Origin: Dictyostelium discoideum | Lineage: Eukaryota | Direction of reading: 5' to 3' | NCBI GenBank assembly: GCA_000004695.1 | Contig: CM000151.3 | Location: 7,648,001-7,712,000, forward strand | Length of the DNA stretch: 64,000 nt | Shown here: piece after piece, positions 40,163-54,000 of the stretch | Position numbering within the stretch: the first letter of the stretch is position 1 | Layout: each line of letters starts with the position of its first letter | Notes under the pieces: model-generated | Seen by the model: the letters and a program-made list of their open reading frames with translations, nothing else | What the model was told of the DNA's origin: nothing | The model's database searches: none | Translations under genes and position numbers: made by a program

Positions 40163-40515
40163 ATCTTAGATATTTATTAAAATTACTATAAAAATCTAGA
40201 TATATATTATTACACGTTTCAAAAATTTGTTGTTTATAAATTTTTTTTTTTTTTGATTTTTTTTTTTTTTTTCACCGAATTTAAAATTTTTTTTTTATTT
40301 TTTAATTTTTATGAAAGTATTTGTACTATTGATCAAAAAAAAAAAAAAATAAAAAAAATAAAAAAAAATCATTTTTTTTTAAATTTTTAATTTTTTTTTT
40401 TTAATTTATTTTATATCTTTAAATCTTTTTTCACCATTATAATAATAAACTTATATTGCTATTATTATTTTTTATTTATTATAAATTTAATCAAAAAAAA
40501 AAATCAAAATAAAAA

Positions 40516-40577
<62 letters not shown>

Positions 40578-40578
<1 letters not shown>

Positions 40579-41636
40579 TGCAATATAATGGAAAATCACA
40601 ACAATCTATTAATAAAATTAATTGTATAATTGAAAAGAATCAATCAAATTCAATTATTAATAAATTTCAAGTTGCTAGTCCATATGATGATTATGATGAT
40701 AGATTGAATTTTTTAGAAACTATTGAAAAGAATAGTGGATTTTATAATGTTTTATGTGAATTATTCTTACCTAATGGATATCCAGATTCAGTTACAACCG
40801 ATTACTTTGGGTATCAATTTTGGGATTCAATTCAAGCACTTTGTAGTACAATCACAGGTACATTAGCAACTAGGGCAATTCTTAAAGGATATGGTGTTGG
40901 TGATTCATCGGCAACGGTTGCATCAGCGACTACTCAATGGTTAATTCGTGATGGTATGGGCATGATTGGGAGAATTGTATTTGCGTGGCGTAAAGGCACA
41001 GATTTAGATTGTAATTCAAAAAAGTGGCGTTACACAGCCGACATTCTAAATAACATTGGTATGGCATTCGAGATGATAAGTCCGCTATTCTCATCTCAAC
41101 TCTTTCTGCCACTATCATGTATCGGACTAATTGCCAAGAGCATTTGCGGTGTTGCCGGTGGCTGTACGAAAGCGTCACTAACTCAACATTTTGCTAAACG
41201 TGATAATTTAGCTGACGTCTCTGCAAAAGATGGCTCACAAGAAACTGCCGTCAATCTAGTTGGAATGCTCCTTAGTGTTATAGTCTCAAGTTTTATCAAT
41301 GACAATACCTCACTAATCGTCACTTGGTTAGTATTTCTATTTTTTACATCGTTACATTTGTTTTGCAATTATCGTGCAGTCTCTGCTGTCCAATTGAAAT
41401 CAATCAATCGTTATAGGGCATACTTAATTTATGATTACTTTATTCACAATCAAGGTTCAATACCCTCACCCTCAGAAATCTCAAAATTAGAGAACATCCT
41501 CTTTTCTATCAAAGAGCTTGATATTAGAGTTGGTGTCTCATTATGTAACATATATAAAGTACAACAAAAACAACAAAAATTAAATAATCAATTTTTACAA
41601 CAAAAATTAAATAATATAACCAAAACAAAAAATGTA

Positions 41637-41701
<65 letters not shown>

Positions 41702-41777
41702 TAATAATATAAATAATATAAATAATAATATAAATAACAATATAAATAATAATATAAATAACAATATAAATAATAAA

Positions 41778-41857
<80 letters not shown>

Positions 41858-42161
41858 TAGTTTAGAAATTATTAAAAAAATTAAAAAATCAAAATCATTT
41901 ATAATTTGGAAAAAACATAGTCAAAGAGGAAATAAAATTTTAGAAAAAGATTTCACATTATTAATTGCTTTATTGAATGGTTCAACTACAAGAGATATGA
42001 TTGAATCCTATTTTTACGCTGTTGAATACTTTCATTTGTCAAGTGTTCAAATTCCACCAACAATCAATATATCTGGTACTTTCTTTAAGAGGTTAGAAGA
42101 AAAAGGGTGGGATCTTGATAGAGCTTTATTAAATTCTGAAGGTTGGACATTTGGTATTTAA
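40578..42161 (+). CDS. RUS1/DUF647 (root UV-B sensitive) family protein, single exon with poly-N/NI insert
   Basis: 527 aa. LFLPNGYPDSVTTDYFGYQFWDSIQALCSTITGTLATRAILKGYGVGDSSATVASATTQWLIRDGMGMIGRIVFAW matches the conserved DUF647 core of RUS1/C16orf58 homologues. Confidence 0.8.
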
Positions 42162-42165
42162 ATAA

Positions 42166-42198
<33 letters not shown>

Positions 42199-42556
42199 AA
42201 ATGTTTTAAATATTAATTATATATCTTTTATTACTTTAAAATAAATATAATATTTTCATTACAAATTTATGTTGAATATTTCAATATAAAATGTGATTTA
42301 CTCTAAAAAAACCATTTTTTTATTTTTTTTTTTTTTATTTTTTTAATTTATCCAAAACAAATTTATATATATATATAAAATAATAATAATAATAATAAAT
42401 TAATTGTATTGTGACAAAATTTTATTTTTATTTTTTTATTTTTTTAATCCTAAATGATGTTAAATAGTTATTTTTTTTTTTGAAAACTATTTCTTACTAT
42501 TTTACTATTATACTACGTTTCTGTACTGCTACTTTTTTTATTATTTATTATTATTT

Positions 42557-43038
42557 TTATGTATCGAATTCAAGAGTGAAATCATATTCAATAGTTGGGA
42601 TAACAACTGAAATAAACTTTAAAAAGAGGAATAAATATTGGTCAACTCTTGGTTCTTTACCATTTTCGGATTGTCTATCAACCAATTTTTTCATGACGGC
42701 AGCATGTCTACATGGATGAATGTATGCAAATGAGATACCTAAATGTGGGTGGCTATCGATTGTGACAGTTTTATGTGCATGATCTTCTGAAATATCTTCA
42801 AAGATTTCTTCTGGTTTCAATGGTTTTCTATTTTCATCATATCCAAATAACCAAACTCTTGGTGTTTGATAATATTTATCATAAGTGATTGAAATATCAT
42901 ATGTACGAGTACGTAAAATATTATCATTATCTTCAACTTTATTTTCTGAATTATTATTATTATTGTTGTTAGCTGTTGTAGTAGTTGTTGTTTTATTATT
43001 TTTTGATAATACAGCCTATATAATAAAAATAAAAAAAA

Positions 43039-43121
<83 letters not shown>

Positions 43122-43968
43122 TTAATTATTGATACTTACTGGATCCTCTTCTTCAATTATATTATCATCTTGGAAATCATCTAAATCTGGAATATCACCA
43201 TCTTCATCTTCATCCTCATCATCATTATTATTATTATTATTATTTGTTGGTTTTGCTGTTGTAGTGGTTGTCGTATTTGGTTTTTTATCATCAATTTTTA
43301 ATGATGAAATATCAACTTTTTCATCTTCAATATCATCTTGATTTCCAACTGGTTGTGGTGCGACCCATGAATCTTCACCATCGTCTTCAATTTGGATTTC
43401 ATCTGCTTTTGATGCTTTTGATTCATTCTCTAAGGTTCTAACTCTATTATAACATGGTACTTTTATTATTTTAAAATAAAAATATAATAATAATATTAAT
43501 TATAGGGTTACACAACATAATTAAAAAAAAAAAGTTTTTTTTTTTTTTTTTTTTTAAAAAAAAAATTAAAACACATACCATTTCTAGTTAATAAAAATTG
43601 TTTTTCTTTTGGTAAATATGATACATTTCTTGATGGGTCACCTGATTCCCAAGTCCAAGTTTGGCATTTATCTGTTAATAAGTCACCAGCTTGGACAAAC
43701 TAAATAATAAAAATAAAAAAAAAAAAAGTTTATAATAAAATAAAGTTTTAATATTTTTAGTTTAGATAAAATTATAATAATAAAATAAAAAAAAAAAAAG
43801 TAAAAAAATAAAAAAAAAAAATAGATAAAAAATAACATTAAAGAAAACTACCTCCTCTGGTGTTAAAACACCTTCTTCTAAAAACTTTGAAGTTGATAAA
43901 GTTGGTGTTACTTTTTCAACAGTCTTAACATATGCTTTATGAACAGCTTGTTGAAATGATGTTAACAT
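42557..43968 (-). CDS. atg3: Autophagy E2-like enzyme ATG3. Exons 43968..43852, 43699..43579, 43459..43140, 43015..42557
   Basis: N-terminal exon [39 protein letters not shown]. Exon 2 [20 protein letters not shown]. Exon 3 [13 protein letters not shown].. (human VPCYKRCKQMEY). The last exon ends [89 protein letters not shown]. This is near-identical in pattern to the human ATG3 C-terminus, including the catalytic HPC. Confidence 0.9.
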
Positions 43969-44137
43969 TTTTTTTTTTTTTTTTTTTTTTAATTTGAAAG
44001 ATACAATAATTTGCGTTTGCTGTATAATGTTTTTTTATCGTATATTAATATAATTATATATTCTAACGTATTGTGCGTGCGTGTAAAATGTGTGTGGTCT
44101 AAATAATTATCTAAAAATGTTTTTGTGTGTGTGATAA

Positions 44138-44229
<92 letters not shown>

Positions 44230-44472
44230 TTAATATTTTATTTTTTATTTTTTTTTTATTTTTATTTATTTTTTTTATTTTTTTTATTTTCTGAAATTAT
44301 GTGAGAAAAGAGTATTTCATAAATATCTTTCTAAAAATAACTTGATAATTCACCAATTAAGTCGTATTATTAAAATTATTTGGAAATTTTTTTTTTTTTT
44401 TTTTTTTTTTTTGAAAACAAGAAACTATTTTTGGTTTGGTTTGATTTGATTTGATTACTTTTTTTTTTTTAT

Positions 44473-44649
44473 TTAAGATAACATACTGTACATTGCTTCA
44501 CCAAGGAAAAATGAAACTATAATTGAAGCTATTCCTGTAATTGATGAGATAAGACCTTCGATCCACCAATCACCAGTATAATATTTGCTCTAAATATATA
44601 TATATATATATATTTTAAAAGAAATATTAATAAATTTGATCATTGTCGG

Positions 44650-44693
<44 letters not shown>

Positions 44694-45232
44694 CCTTAAA
44701 AGATCCAATTAAAAATAATAAAATTTCAACAATAAAAATTAAAATTGATAAAAGTAAATTTCTATTAATTGCAATTTGATAAATTTGATAATAATAATAT
44801 GTACAAAAATAGAAAGGCAATAAAGGGGCCATACCAAATGCAATGAATGAGAAGAAAGTTGAGATTGCAGTATGAATGGGTGAGAGTAGTAATTCAACTG
44901 GTAGTAAATTTAATTCTTCAGTCATCATGATATCAACGAATAGATCTTTATATTTGCTTAATAGTTCTACCACCTTTTTTGCATCATTCTCTTCCATACC
45001 TTTCAAAGAATAAAGTTCGACCATTTCTCTTTGTTCACCTTCTACATAGTTATCATATTCCCACACTTCCCTCTTCTTTTCACTTTCATAGAAATTATAT
45101 TCAATCTTTCTACTACTCGCTTCAATTAATGATAACCCTATTCCACATCCAATTATAATCACTGTTGTTATATACACTATTTTAAAGTTATTATCATTTT
45201 CTAAATTATTGTTATTATCTATATATATGTTT

Positions 45233-45285
<53 letters not shown>

Positions 45286-45587
45286 TAGTTGTTGTTGTTT
45301 ATGGAAAAATGTTTGTAATGCTATTAATGTTGATATTGAAAATATAAGAGCATAACCTCCTATTGAAATTGCCACTTTTAAATATTTTATTGAATTTCTT
45401 TTGAATGAATTACTTTTTAAAATAAAAAAAAAAAAAAAAAAAAAAAAAAGTATTAACATTAGTATATGAGTATGAATGTTTATGTAAAGTATATTTATTT
45501 ATATATAAATATACTAATATATATTTATATATATATATATTTTTGTATATATATATATATATATATAAATATATAAATATACTAATA

Positions 45588-45632
<45 letters not shown>

Positions 45633-45780
45633 TTGTATATATTTACCTTTTATGTGGCTCGTCATCTATTTTTCGAACTTCATGTGCCTCTTTTGAAGCA
45701 CTTTTATCATTTGATTTGAATGCACTTGAAGCAACACTAAGATTTCGTGTTCTTAACGTTATACTAGGTCTTCCAATCAT
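44473..45780 (-). CDS. VIT/CCC1-family vacuolar iron transporter-like membrane protein. Exons 45780..45647, 45412..44695, 44589..44473
   Basis: Exon 1 [44 protein letters not shown]. Exon 2 holds TM helices plus the cytoplasmic [41 protein letters not shown] block typical of VIT1/CCC1. The last exon encodes the final helix [38 protein letters not shown]. Introns are gtaaat..aaaag and gtttgt..atttag. Confidence 0.75.
45480..45640. repeat. (TA)n / (TATATAAA)-rich simple-sequence block inside intron 1 of the VIT gene
   Basis: Long alternating tatatata runs visible. Confidence 0.75.
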
Positions 45781-46172
45781 TTAATAAAATTTTTTTTTTT
45801 TTTTTTCTCTTAATATATTCTACGTTATTATGCAAACCTTCTTAAATTTTTTTATTTTATTTCAAAAACTTTTTTTTTTTTTTTTGAATGAATGAATTAA
45901 TTCCAAAACGTTTTGAATGAAAAAAATAAAAAAAAATAAAAAAAATAAAAAATAAAAAAATTAAAAAAAAAATAAAATCCAAATTTTATTATTAATGATA
46001 TAGTAATTAGTTTTTTTTTTTTAAAAAAAAAAGATCCGAAAATGATGGTTTGTACAAAAATAATAATAATAAATATTATTATTTCAAAGATTTTTTTAAA
46101 TATATATTTGTATTAGAAACCATAGAAAAAAAATAATTCAAGAAACTTTTTTTTTTTTTATATGATTATATA

Positions 46173-46226
<54 letters not shown>

Positions 46227-46316
46227 CATTTTAAATAAGTGCACTTTTGATTAATATCTCAATCAGATTGAGATATTTTTTTATTTTTTATTTTATTTTT
46301 AATAATTTTTTATTTT

Positions 46317-46347
<31 letters not shown>

Positions 46348-46599
46348 TTTTATTTTTATAATATTAAAAAAAAAAAAAAAAGTGGTGAGCGGATAATTAA
46401 AGTAATAAACTTTTACCTATATGTCCTTCATATGTTTTAATTTATATTAAATTATTAGTTTATTAGGTAATAATCTAAAATAAAATTTAAAATTTTAAAA
46501 ATTAAAAAATTAAAAATTAAAAATAATAATAAAAATAAAAATTAATAATTATAATAATTACAATAATTATAATAATAAATAATAATTATAATAAATAAT

Positions 46600-48289
46600 A
46601 TGTCAGAAGAGAAACTACCACTTTTATCTCCATTAAATGAAAATGATATTGAAAATGACTATAAAGATGAAAATTTAAAAAGTGATTTAGATAAATTATC
46701 AAATGTAAAAAAACAATCAATAATTCAAAGATTTAAAGATTATTTGAAAAATTCAATTTCAAAACAAACTGCCACTGTTTTAGTTTATGTTGTTTTATAT
46801 ATTCTTTCAGGTGTTATCAATAGTTTATTACTAAAGAAGGTAATGAATGTATTTACAAACTATGGTTTCTTTTTAAAGTAATTATTATAATAAAATTAAA
46901 AATAAAAAAAAAAATAAAAAAAAAAGTGAATAGAAAAAAAAAAAAAAATTTATTTTTTACTAAAAAATTTCCCATTTTTTTTTTGTATTTTATTTTTATT
47001 TTTATTTATTTTTATTTCTCTCTCTAGTCAATTAACAAATTATGGATATGTTCCAATTTTTGGAGCTATAGTACTTTATAAAATATTATTTACAAATGAT
47101 ATACCAAAAGATACTAGATCATTCCCACAATGGAAATTTGTTATTATGGGAGCATTGGATGCAGTTACAGGTTATTTTGTAGTTATTGGCGGTATTAAAA
47201 CAACAGGACCTTTACAACAGTTATTAAATCAATCAGTTATTCCATTCACAATGTTATTATCTTTCATTTTCTTAAAAGAGAGATACTCATTAATTCAATT
47301 AGGTGGTGCATTAATTATTATAGGTGGTGTTGTAGTCTCATTAATTCCTTCATTAACTGGTGGTAACACTAGTGGTAATATGTTATTTTATAATTTCTTT
47401 TATTTAATTTCAATGATTCCATATGCATTTTCAAATGTTTATAAAGCAATTGGTATTTATTTTTTTAAAATTTAAAAAGTTTAAAGAAATAATAATTAAT
47501 AATAATTTTTTTTTTTTTTTTTTTTAATAATTATAAGGATTTTCAACTGTTGAAGATATGGATGTTTGGTATTTACAATATTTTGATGCATTATATCAAT
47601 CATTAGTTGGTACAGTATTATTTCCAATTAATAATTGGTTACCACCACCATCAGATATGAAATTCAATCAAGTTATACCACAATTAAAAGCAGGTGGAAA
47701 ATGTTTAGGTGGTATAAATACATTGATTGAACAATATAATTCTACAACTGGTGAATTGTTACCAACATCTTGTAATTATGGTGATAATTTAGGTTGTGAT
47801 AATTGTCATGGTGCATGGGTGGTTGTATTGATTTATATGGCTGTAAATGTATTATATAATGTATTCATTCTATTAGTATTAAAGCATGCTGGTGCAACAG
47901 TATTTTCAATTGCAAATACTCTACGTTTACCTTTAACTAATATTGCATTCTCTTTTAAATTCATTATGGGTTCTGATTCAAATCCTTTCTCTGGTTTATC
48001 AGTTGCAGGTTTATGCATAATTTTATTAGGTTTGGGTGGCTATAGAGTTGGTTCAATGATTAAACAAAAGAAAGAAGCAGCTGCTTCTGCCGATTCTTCA
48101 TCTAATACTGAAAATAAAGTTATTCCAAAAGTTTTCCCTACTCAATTTGGTGAAGTATCGATAATAATAAAGAAAAAAGTCCCTCCAAAATCTCAAACTC
48201 ATTTAAGAAATCAATTCTTTGGTAAATTAGGTATTACTGTACCTGAATCAAAATTAAGAAATCAAAATAGTATTTATGGTGATCAATAA
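46600..48289 (+). CDS. CRT-like transporter (PfCRT / chloroquine-resistance-transporter family, DMT superfamily). Exons 46600..46877, 47028..47452, 47538..48289
   Basis: KFVIMGALDAVTGYFVVIGGIKTTGPLQQLLNQSVIPFTMLLSFIFLKERYSLIQLGGALIIIGGVVVSL aligns with PfCRT [79 protein letters not shown] matches PfCRT CDDCDGAW. Introns are gtaatt..ctctag (phase 2) and gtattt..ataag (phase 1). Confidence 0.85.
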
Positions 48290-48332
48290 TAAATAAAAAT
48301 AAATGGTTGTATTTTTTTGTTTTTTTTTTAAA

Positions 48333-49427
48333 TTAATTTAATATATTTATTATTTTTAAAAATTCACTATTATTATTATTATCATTATCTTCAATAATTG
48401 TTGAATAATTATTTATAAAAATACCTAAATATTTTAAATTTTTAGGTAATGATGAAATTGATAATTGTTGATTAAAATGTGTTGATCTAAATTCTAATCT
48501 TGTTATTGAATTTGAAAGTGAAGATGGTAAAATTGGTTGATTAAATGATGAATCAAATTTTAATTTTAATAAATTTGGTAATGATTCTGATGATAGTGAA
48601 GATGGTGGTGGGAAAATTGGTTGATTAAATGATGAACCAAATTTTAAAATCCTTAAATTTCTAGGTAATGAATTCGGCAATATAACTTGATTAAAAGATG
48701 ATCCAAATGTTATTTTTTCAATTGAATTTGGTAAAACATTACATTGAATTTCAGTATTAAATGAAACACCAAATTTTAAAACCCTTAATTTCGACAACCC
48801 ATCCAAATCACCAATCTTTAAATAACCATTAAATGTCCAACCAAATTCTAAAAATGTCAATGTCTTTGGTAATGTCCTATCATCCAATTCCTGACAAAAT
48901 GAATCTGACAACTTTATTGAAGTAATTGATTTTGAAAATATTGTCTCATCAATTAAACAATCATAATCTCTACCAAATGAAATATTTTCAACTTTATTTA
49001 ATGATAAATTATTATTATCATCATCATTATTATTATTTGATAATTTTGTAAAATTTTGATTGAAATCTCTATTTAAAATTAAAGTTTTTAAAGTTATTGG
49101 TATTTGAAATTGATTTTGATTAAAGTTTAATGAATATTTAAGATCAATTAATTCAACGCCAATTGGTAATGATTTGATGGGTTGATTAAAGTATTTACCA
49201 AATTTTAAATATTTAATTGTATTATCTGGTATTAAATTTATTGGTATCTCTATATTCATATCCCATTCCATTTTTACCAAATATTCTTTATCTTTAAATA
49301 ACTTATATTGTTCAACATTTTTAAAAACATTATACTTTTTACTATAATTTTTATATAATCTTAATATTTTAAAAATAATATTTTTTATATATAAATTTCT
49401 AAATACTTTATAAAATAAAATATCCAT
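48333..49427 (-). CDS. FNIP-repeat protein (second family member in window), single exon
   Basis: 364 aa. Repeats LKFGKYFNQPIKSLPIGV, ITFGSSFNQVILPNSLPRNL, LKFGSSFNQPIFPPP, LKFDSSFNQPILPSSLSNSI. The N-terminal MDILFYKVFRNLYIKNII parallels the gene at 30365-31636. Confidence 0.85.
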   Translation of the reverse strand: MDILFYKVFRNLYIKNIIFKILRLYKNYSKKYNVFKNVEQYKLFKDKEYLVKMEWDMNIEIPINLIPDNTIKYLKFGKYFNQPIKSLPIGVELIDLKYSLNFNQNQFQIPITLKTLILNRDFNQNFTKLSNNNNDDDNNNLSLNKVENISFGRDYDCLIDETIFSKSITSIKLSDSFCQELDDRTLPKTLTFLEFGWTFNGYLKIGDLDGLSKLRVLKFGVSFNTEIQCNVLPNSIEKITFGSSFNQVILPNSLPRNLRILKFGSSFNQPIFPPPSSLSSESLPNLLKLKFDSSFNQPILPSSLSNSITRLEFRSTHFNQQLSISSLPKNLKYLGIFINNYSTIIEDNDNNNNSEFLKIINILN

Positions 49428-49696
49428 AATCTTTTATTTTAATAATGAAAAGAACAAATGAAAAATTATAAAAAAAAACACGAAAATGGAAAAAAAAAAA
49501 AAAAAAAAAAAACAATTTTTTTTCTTTTTTTTGTTTTTTAAAATAAAAAACTATATATATATAAAAAAATGATAGAATATTTAAAAAAAGTTATTTTTTG
49601 ATATATGATTTTGTTTTTTTGTATGGTGTTAAAAAACACCTTTTGTTATTCTTTTTAAAAAGAAGACCTAAGGTCTGAGTTGTATCAGGAGATTGT

Positions 49697-50023
49697 TTAT
49701 GAGTTGAAACCGTATAAAGTTCTACCTTGTCTCTTGAGAGCATAGACTACATCCATAGCAGTAACAGTACGACGACCTGCATGTTCAGTGTATGCGACGG
49801 AATCACGAATAACGTTGGTTAAGAAAGTACGTAATACATTTCTAGTTTCTTCGTAGATTGGGAAAGAGATACGTTTGACACCACCTCTACGGGCTAAACG
49901 ACGGATGGCTGGCTTAGTAATACCGTTGATGTGTTCCTTTTGGGTTTTCTTATGACGTTTGGCACCAACTTTACCACCGACTTTACCACCTGTCTTACCA
50001 CCTCTTGATTGTGCTGAACTCAT
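49697..50023 (-). CDS. Histone H4
   Basis: 108-aa ORF. ..[83 protein letters not shown] is near-identical to canonical H4 ([86 protein letters not shown]). Confidence 0.95.
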   Translation of the reverse strand: MSSAQSRGGKTGGKVGGKVGAKRHKKTQKEHINGITKPAIRRLARRGGVKRISFPIYEETRNVLRTFLTNVIRDSVAYTEHAGRRTVTAMDVVYALKRQGRTLYGFNS

Positions 50024-51059
50024 TGTTTATTAAAATTTATATATATATTTGAAAATTTAAAAATTTGAAAATAAATTAACTTTAAAATAAAATAAAAAGA
50101 ATTGTTAAAAATTTATTCTCTAAAATTTAAATTTTTTTCTTTTTTTTTTTTTTTTTTAAGTGATCAAGTTATAATTATATTGGAAATTTACCTTATGTTT
50201 ATTCTTTTTAAAAAAATTGTATAATTTAAAAAAAAAAAAAAAAGTTTTTAAATACCTTTCGCGTGTGCTGAAATTTTTTTTTTTTTTTGAGACTGTCAAC
50301 GGTAAAAATAAAAAAAAAACAAAAATCCAAAAATACAAAATTTTTATATGGGGTTTTTTTTAAAAAATGCGTGGATGAATGAAGATACCGCCATTTTTAA
50401 TTTTTTTTTTTAAATGTGAATGTTTTTTAAATTTAAAAGTGAATTTTTTAAAATTTAAAAAAACTGGTGAAAATAACGGTGAAAACTATTTTCATTTTTT
50501 TTTTTTATTTTTTTTTTTATGTTCTTACTTTGGATATTTGCATTAATGTGAAAAAAAAAAAAAAAAAAAATTTATATTTTATAATGATGTTAACTAATAA
50601 AATAAAATAAAATAAAAATAAAATAATGTAGGCACCTATATTAATTAATAGGGTATAATATAAATTAGATTATAAATATCAATAATAATTAATTAATATA
50701 ATAACAATTAATTAATATAATAACAATAATATTTTACATTGAAAAGCTATGCATTGAGGAAAAACTAACTTGTACACTTTTTTTTTTTTTTTATTTTTAT
50801 TTTTAATTTATTTTATTTTTATTTTATTTTATTTTTTTTGTTTTTTATAAAAATTTCTTAGTATTACGAGCACTAAAATTTTTTTTTTTTTCAAAATTTT
50901 TTTTTTTTTTTTTTTATTTCTCATTTGGACGTATCAAATATATTGCCAATTTAAAAAAATAATAAATATATAAATATATTATTTAAATTTAGTTTTTTTA
51001 TTTTTATATATAAAAAATAAACATAAACACGAAAACAAAAAAAAAAAAAAAATTCATAG

Positions 51060-54000
51060 ATGGCAAGATCTGGTGAAAAAAAGAGAAAGTCAACATCATC
51101 CTCTTCAACAACAAAATCAACTCCATCAATAGCAGAAACACCAACATCTACACCTCCAGTAACAACAACATCAACAAAAACTTTGGATGATTCATTACAA
51201 TCACCAAAAAAATTAAAATCAAATAATGGACAACTAACAACAAGTACAGGTTCACCACATCAAAGTAGATTATCATTGGGTGGATCTACTTTGGTTACAA
51301 AAGATATACCTGAAAGTAGTAAGTAGTATATATATATTTATATTTACATACACAAATATTATTAATCATTTTTTACTAATAATTTGAAAAAATAAATAAA
51401 TAGTTTTATTATCAAGAAAAGGTGAAAAAGAATTAATTGATACACCAAAAAATTTTATTCAATTAAAAATTACATGTAAAGAAATGTTTCAAAATAGTGA
51501 TAATCAAGACATAGATATTTTATTTTCAGATTTATCAAATTTTCCAATTAAAGATGAAATTACTTATCAAAAATTTCTTACTACATCAAATCGTAATGTT
51601 TTAATATGTTATTTTGAAGGTGAAAGAATTTTAGATAATGGTAGTGAAGAAATTTTAGTTGATGTAACACCTTCAAAAAATATTTTATTAAAAGCTGGTA
51701 CTTCAGAATATAAGTAAGTTTTTTTTTTTTAAAATTAAAAAAAAAAAAAAAATAGAAAAAAAAAAATATAAAATTAATAATAAATTTATTATTATTTTAG
51801 TTTTCCAAATGCAATTGCAGAATTTATTGATAATTCAATTCAAGCAGTAAGATTAAATCCACCAGGTAAAAGAGAGATCAAGGTTACAATCAATAGACCA
51901 AATTCAGATTTAAGGACGACATCAATTAGAATTTGGGATAATGGATGTGGTATGAATAAAGATGCTTTACAAAGATGGGCGACTATGGGTTTAAGTCAAG
52001 CAGATTTATTGGATATAAATGGAAATGATAGTGGTAATAATAGTAATGGTGGTGAAGGTGGATCAGCCACAGGGGCAGCTTCATCATCAAATAATAATAA
52101 TAATAATAATAAACAATTGGCACATTCAAGTGGTAGCGGATCAAGTGAAAAAGCTACAGGTTTAATATCTAGATTTGGTGTTGGTGGTAAGAAAGCAGCA
52201 TTTTATTTAGGTTCAGAGGTGGTTGTAAATACAAAGGTTTGTGGTAATGAATGGGTGAATCAAGCGAAAATTTCATTGGACATTTTAAATTCAACGGGTG
52301 ATCAAGAATGGAAAATACCAATTATCATTAGAGAACCATCAAATGTAGAGAAAAAACATGATCAATTCACAGAGGTTATAATTAACAATGTCAATATGTC
52401 ATCAGAGAATTTCCAATCAACAATGGATTCATTGGCTAGAGATTTAGCTCATATATATTATTATTATTTACACGATGTTGGCGAACAATCTCATTTCACA
52501 CTTGGTGATAATAATTCACCACTTAAAAAACAAAAAACTTTAACATCTTCATCACAAGCTAATGGTACAACTAAAAAATCATCATCACAACAACTAATTG
52601 ATGAAGCAAGTTTAGAAGAGGATGTAGATATAGAAGATGAAGATGAAGATGATGAGGATTATGAAGAGGATCAAGATGAGAATAATAATAATAGTAATTC
52701 ACAATCATCATCATCATCATCATCACGTTATAGAATTAATTATTCAAATGATAAAAAGAATTCATATAAATTAATGTTAAATGATAAGGATTTAAGTGAT
52801 GTAGATGATTGTATTGAATCACAATATATTAAACAAGGTAAAAGATTTAAAGTTTTCGATTTCTCAATACCAATTAAAGACGCATCAACTGGTTTAGCAA
52901 ATAATGCAAAGGTGGTGTGTCATTTACGTTATTTCCCATTTTTGAATGAACATGAATCAATGCCAATACCAAATAAAATCCTTCAAGATTCACCAGAGCT
53001 AAATTTGAAAACTTGTCCATTATCTTTAAGAAAGCCAGGTTTTGAAGTTTTTTGGAATGGTAGATTAATTTCAGAGGCACATATCGATCGTTTAGGTTTT
53101 ATGTCCACTGGTACATTGGAAGGTTCAAAAATTGAAGAGAGATGGGTACAAAGAGTAAAGGGTGCAATCTTTTTAACATCTCATTTCCCTGTAACTCATA
53201 ATAAAATGCATATAATCAAAGAGTCACCAGTTTTTGATCTATTGGATCAACCTGCTGCAGGTGGTAAAATTGCAAAACTTGAATGGAAACGTTGGTTACT
53301 TCAATGTCATAAACTCGATCAAGACATTCAGTTCAAAGGTGCCAAATACGATACGGTCTCAAATAGAACCACTTGTGAAACCATCACTATTCGTGGTTTA
53401 ACAGTTGCCATTGATGACGCAGTTCAAATCGCACGTCTTCATAAGGGTATTGTAAAATCAATCTATTTCATTGGTCGTCCAGATTATCGTGCTTCCGATT
53501 TCTATGTTGAAATCGATAAACTTCATTATAAACAAATACCAACTGAAAGTTTTCTTTGTTCAAAAATTTCTAAAAAATTCTCAAAAAATGAATATATCAC
53601 ATTGATTCAAGCTTGTAAGAAAAGGTTACCTTCAAAAATTAAATTCTTTGAAGGTGATAAAGCAAATTTACCAAAGGAGGTCTATTTAGCCGGTGAAAAA
53701 ATCAAATGGGTCTCTTGTACACTCATGGATAGTCAAAATCCTCCAAAAGAAGTTGAAAGAAAAATCATCGAGGAAGAATCCTACAAAATAATGTTTAGTG
53801 TAATCTATCAACCAACCGGTGAAAATGTACATAAAATGGAAACTAGTGTCTTCTATGACTCTTCACGTGTTTCTTTTGGTGATATAGATTGTTTCAAACG
53901 TACTGGTACTTATAGTTTAATTTTCGAATGTAATGATAAATCTGTTAAAAAAGCAACTCATTTCGTTTCAGTAGTTGCTGGTAAACCAACTTCAATTAAA

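Noticed and set aside
40930-41368. Two minus-strand ORFs (82 and 61 aa) antisense to the RUS1 gene
   Set aside because: They appear only because the local GC-rich patch lowers stop-codon density. No independent gene signal. Kept as a compositional finding instead.
44141-44222. Poly(A) tract of about 80 nt, plus similar long homopolymers elsewhere (for example 16500-16560, 21740-21760, 22640-22670)
   Set aside because: Common intergenic and intronic homopolymers in this genome. Not retroelement tails, since they lack an adjacent element body. Not functional features I can support.
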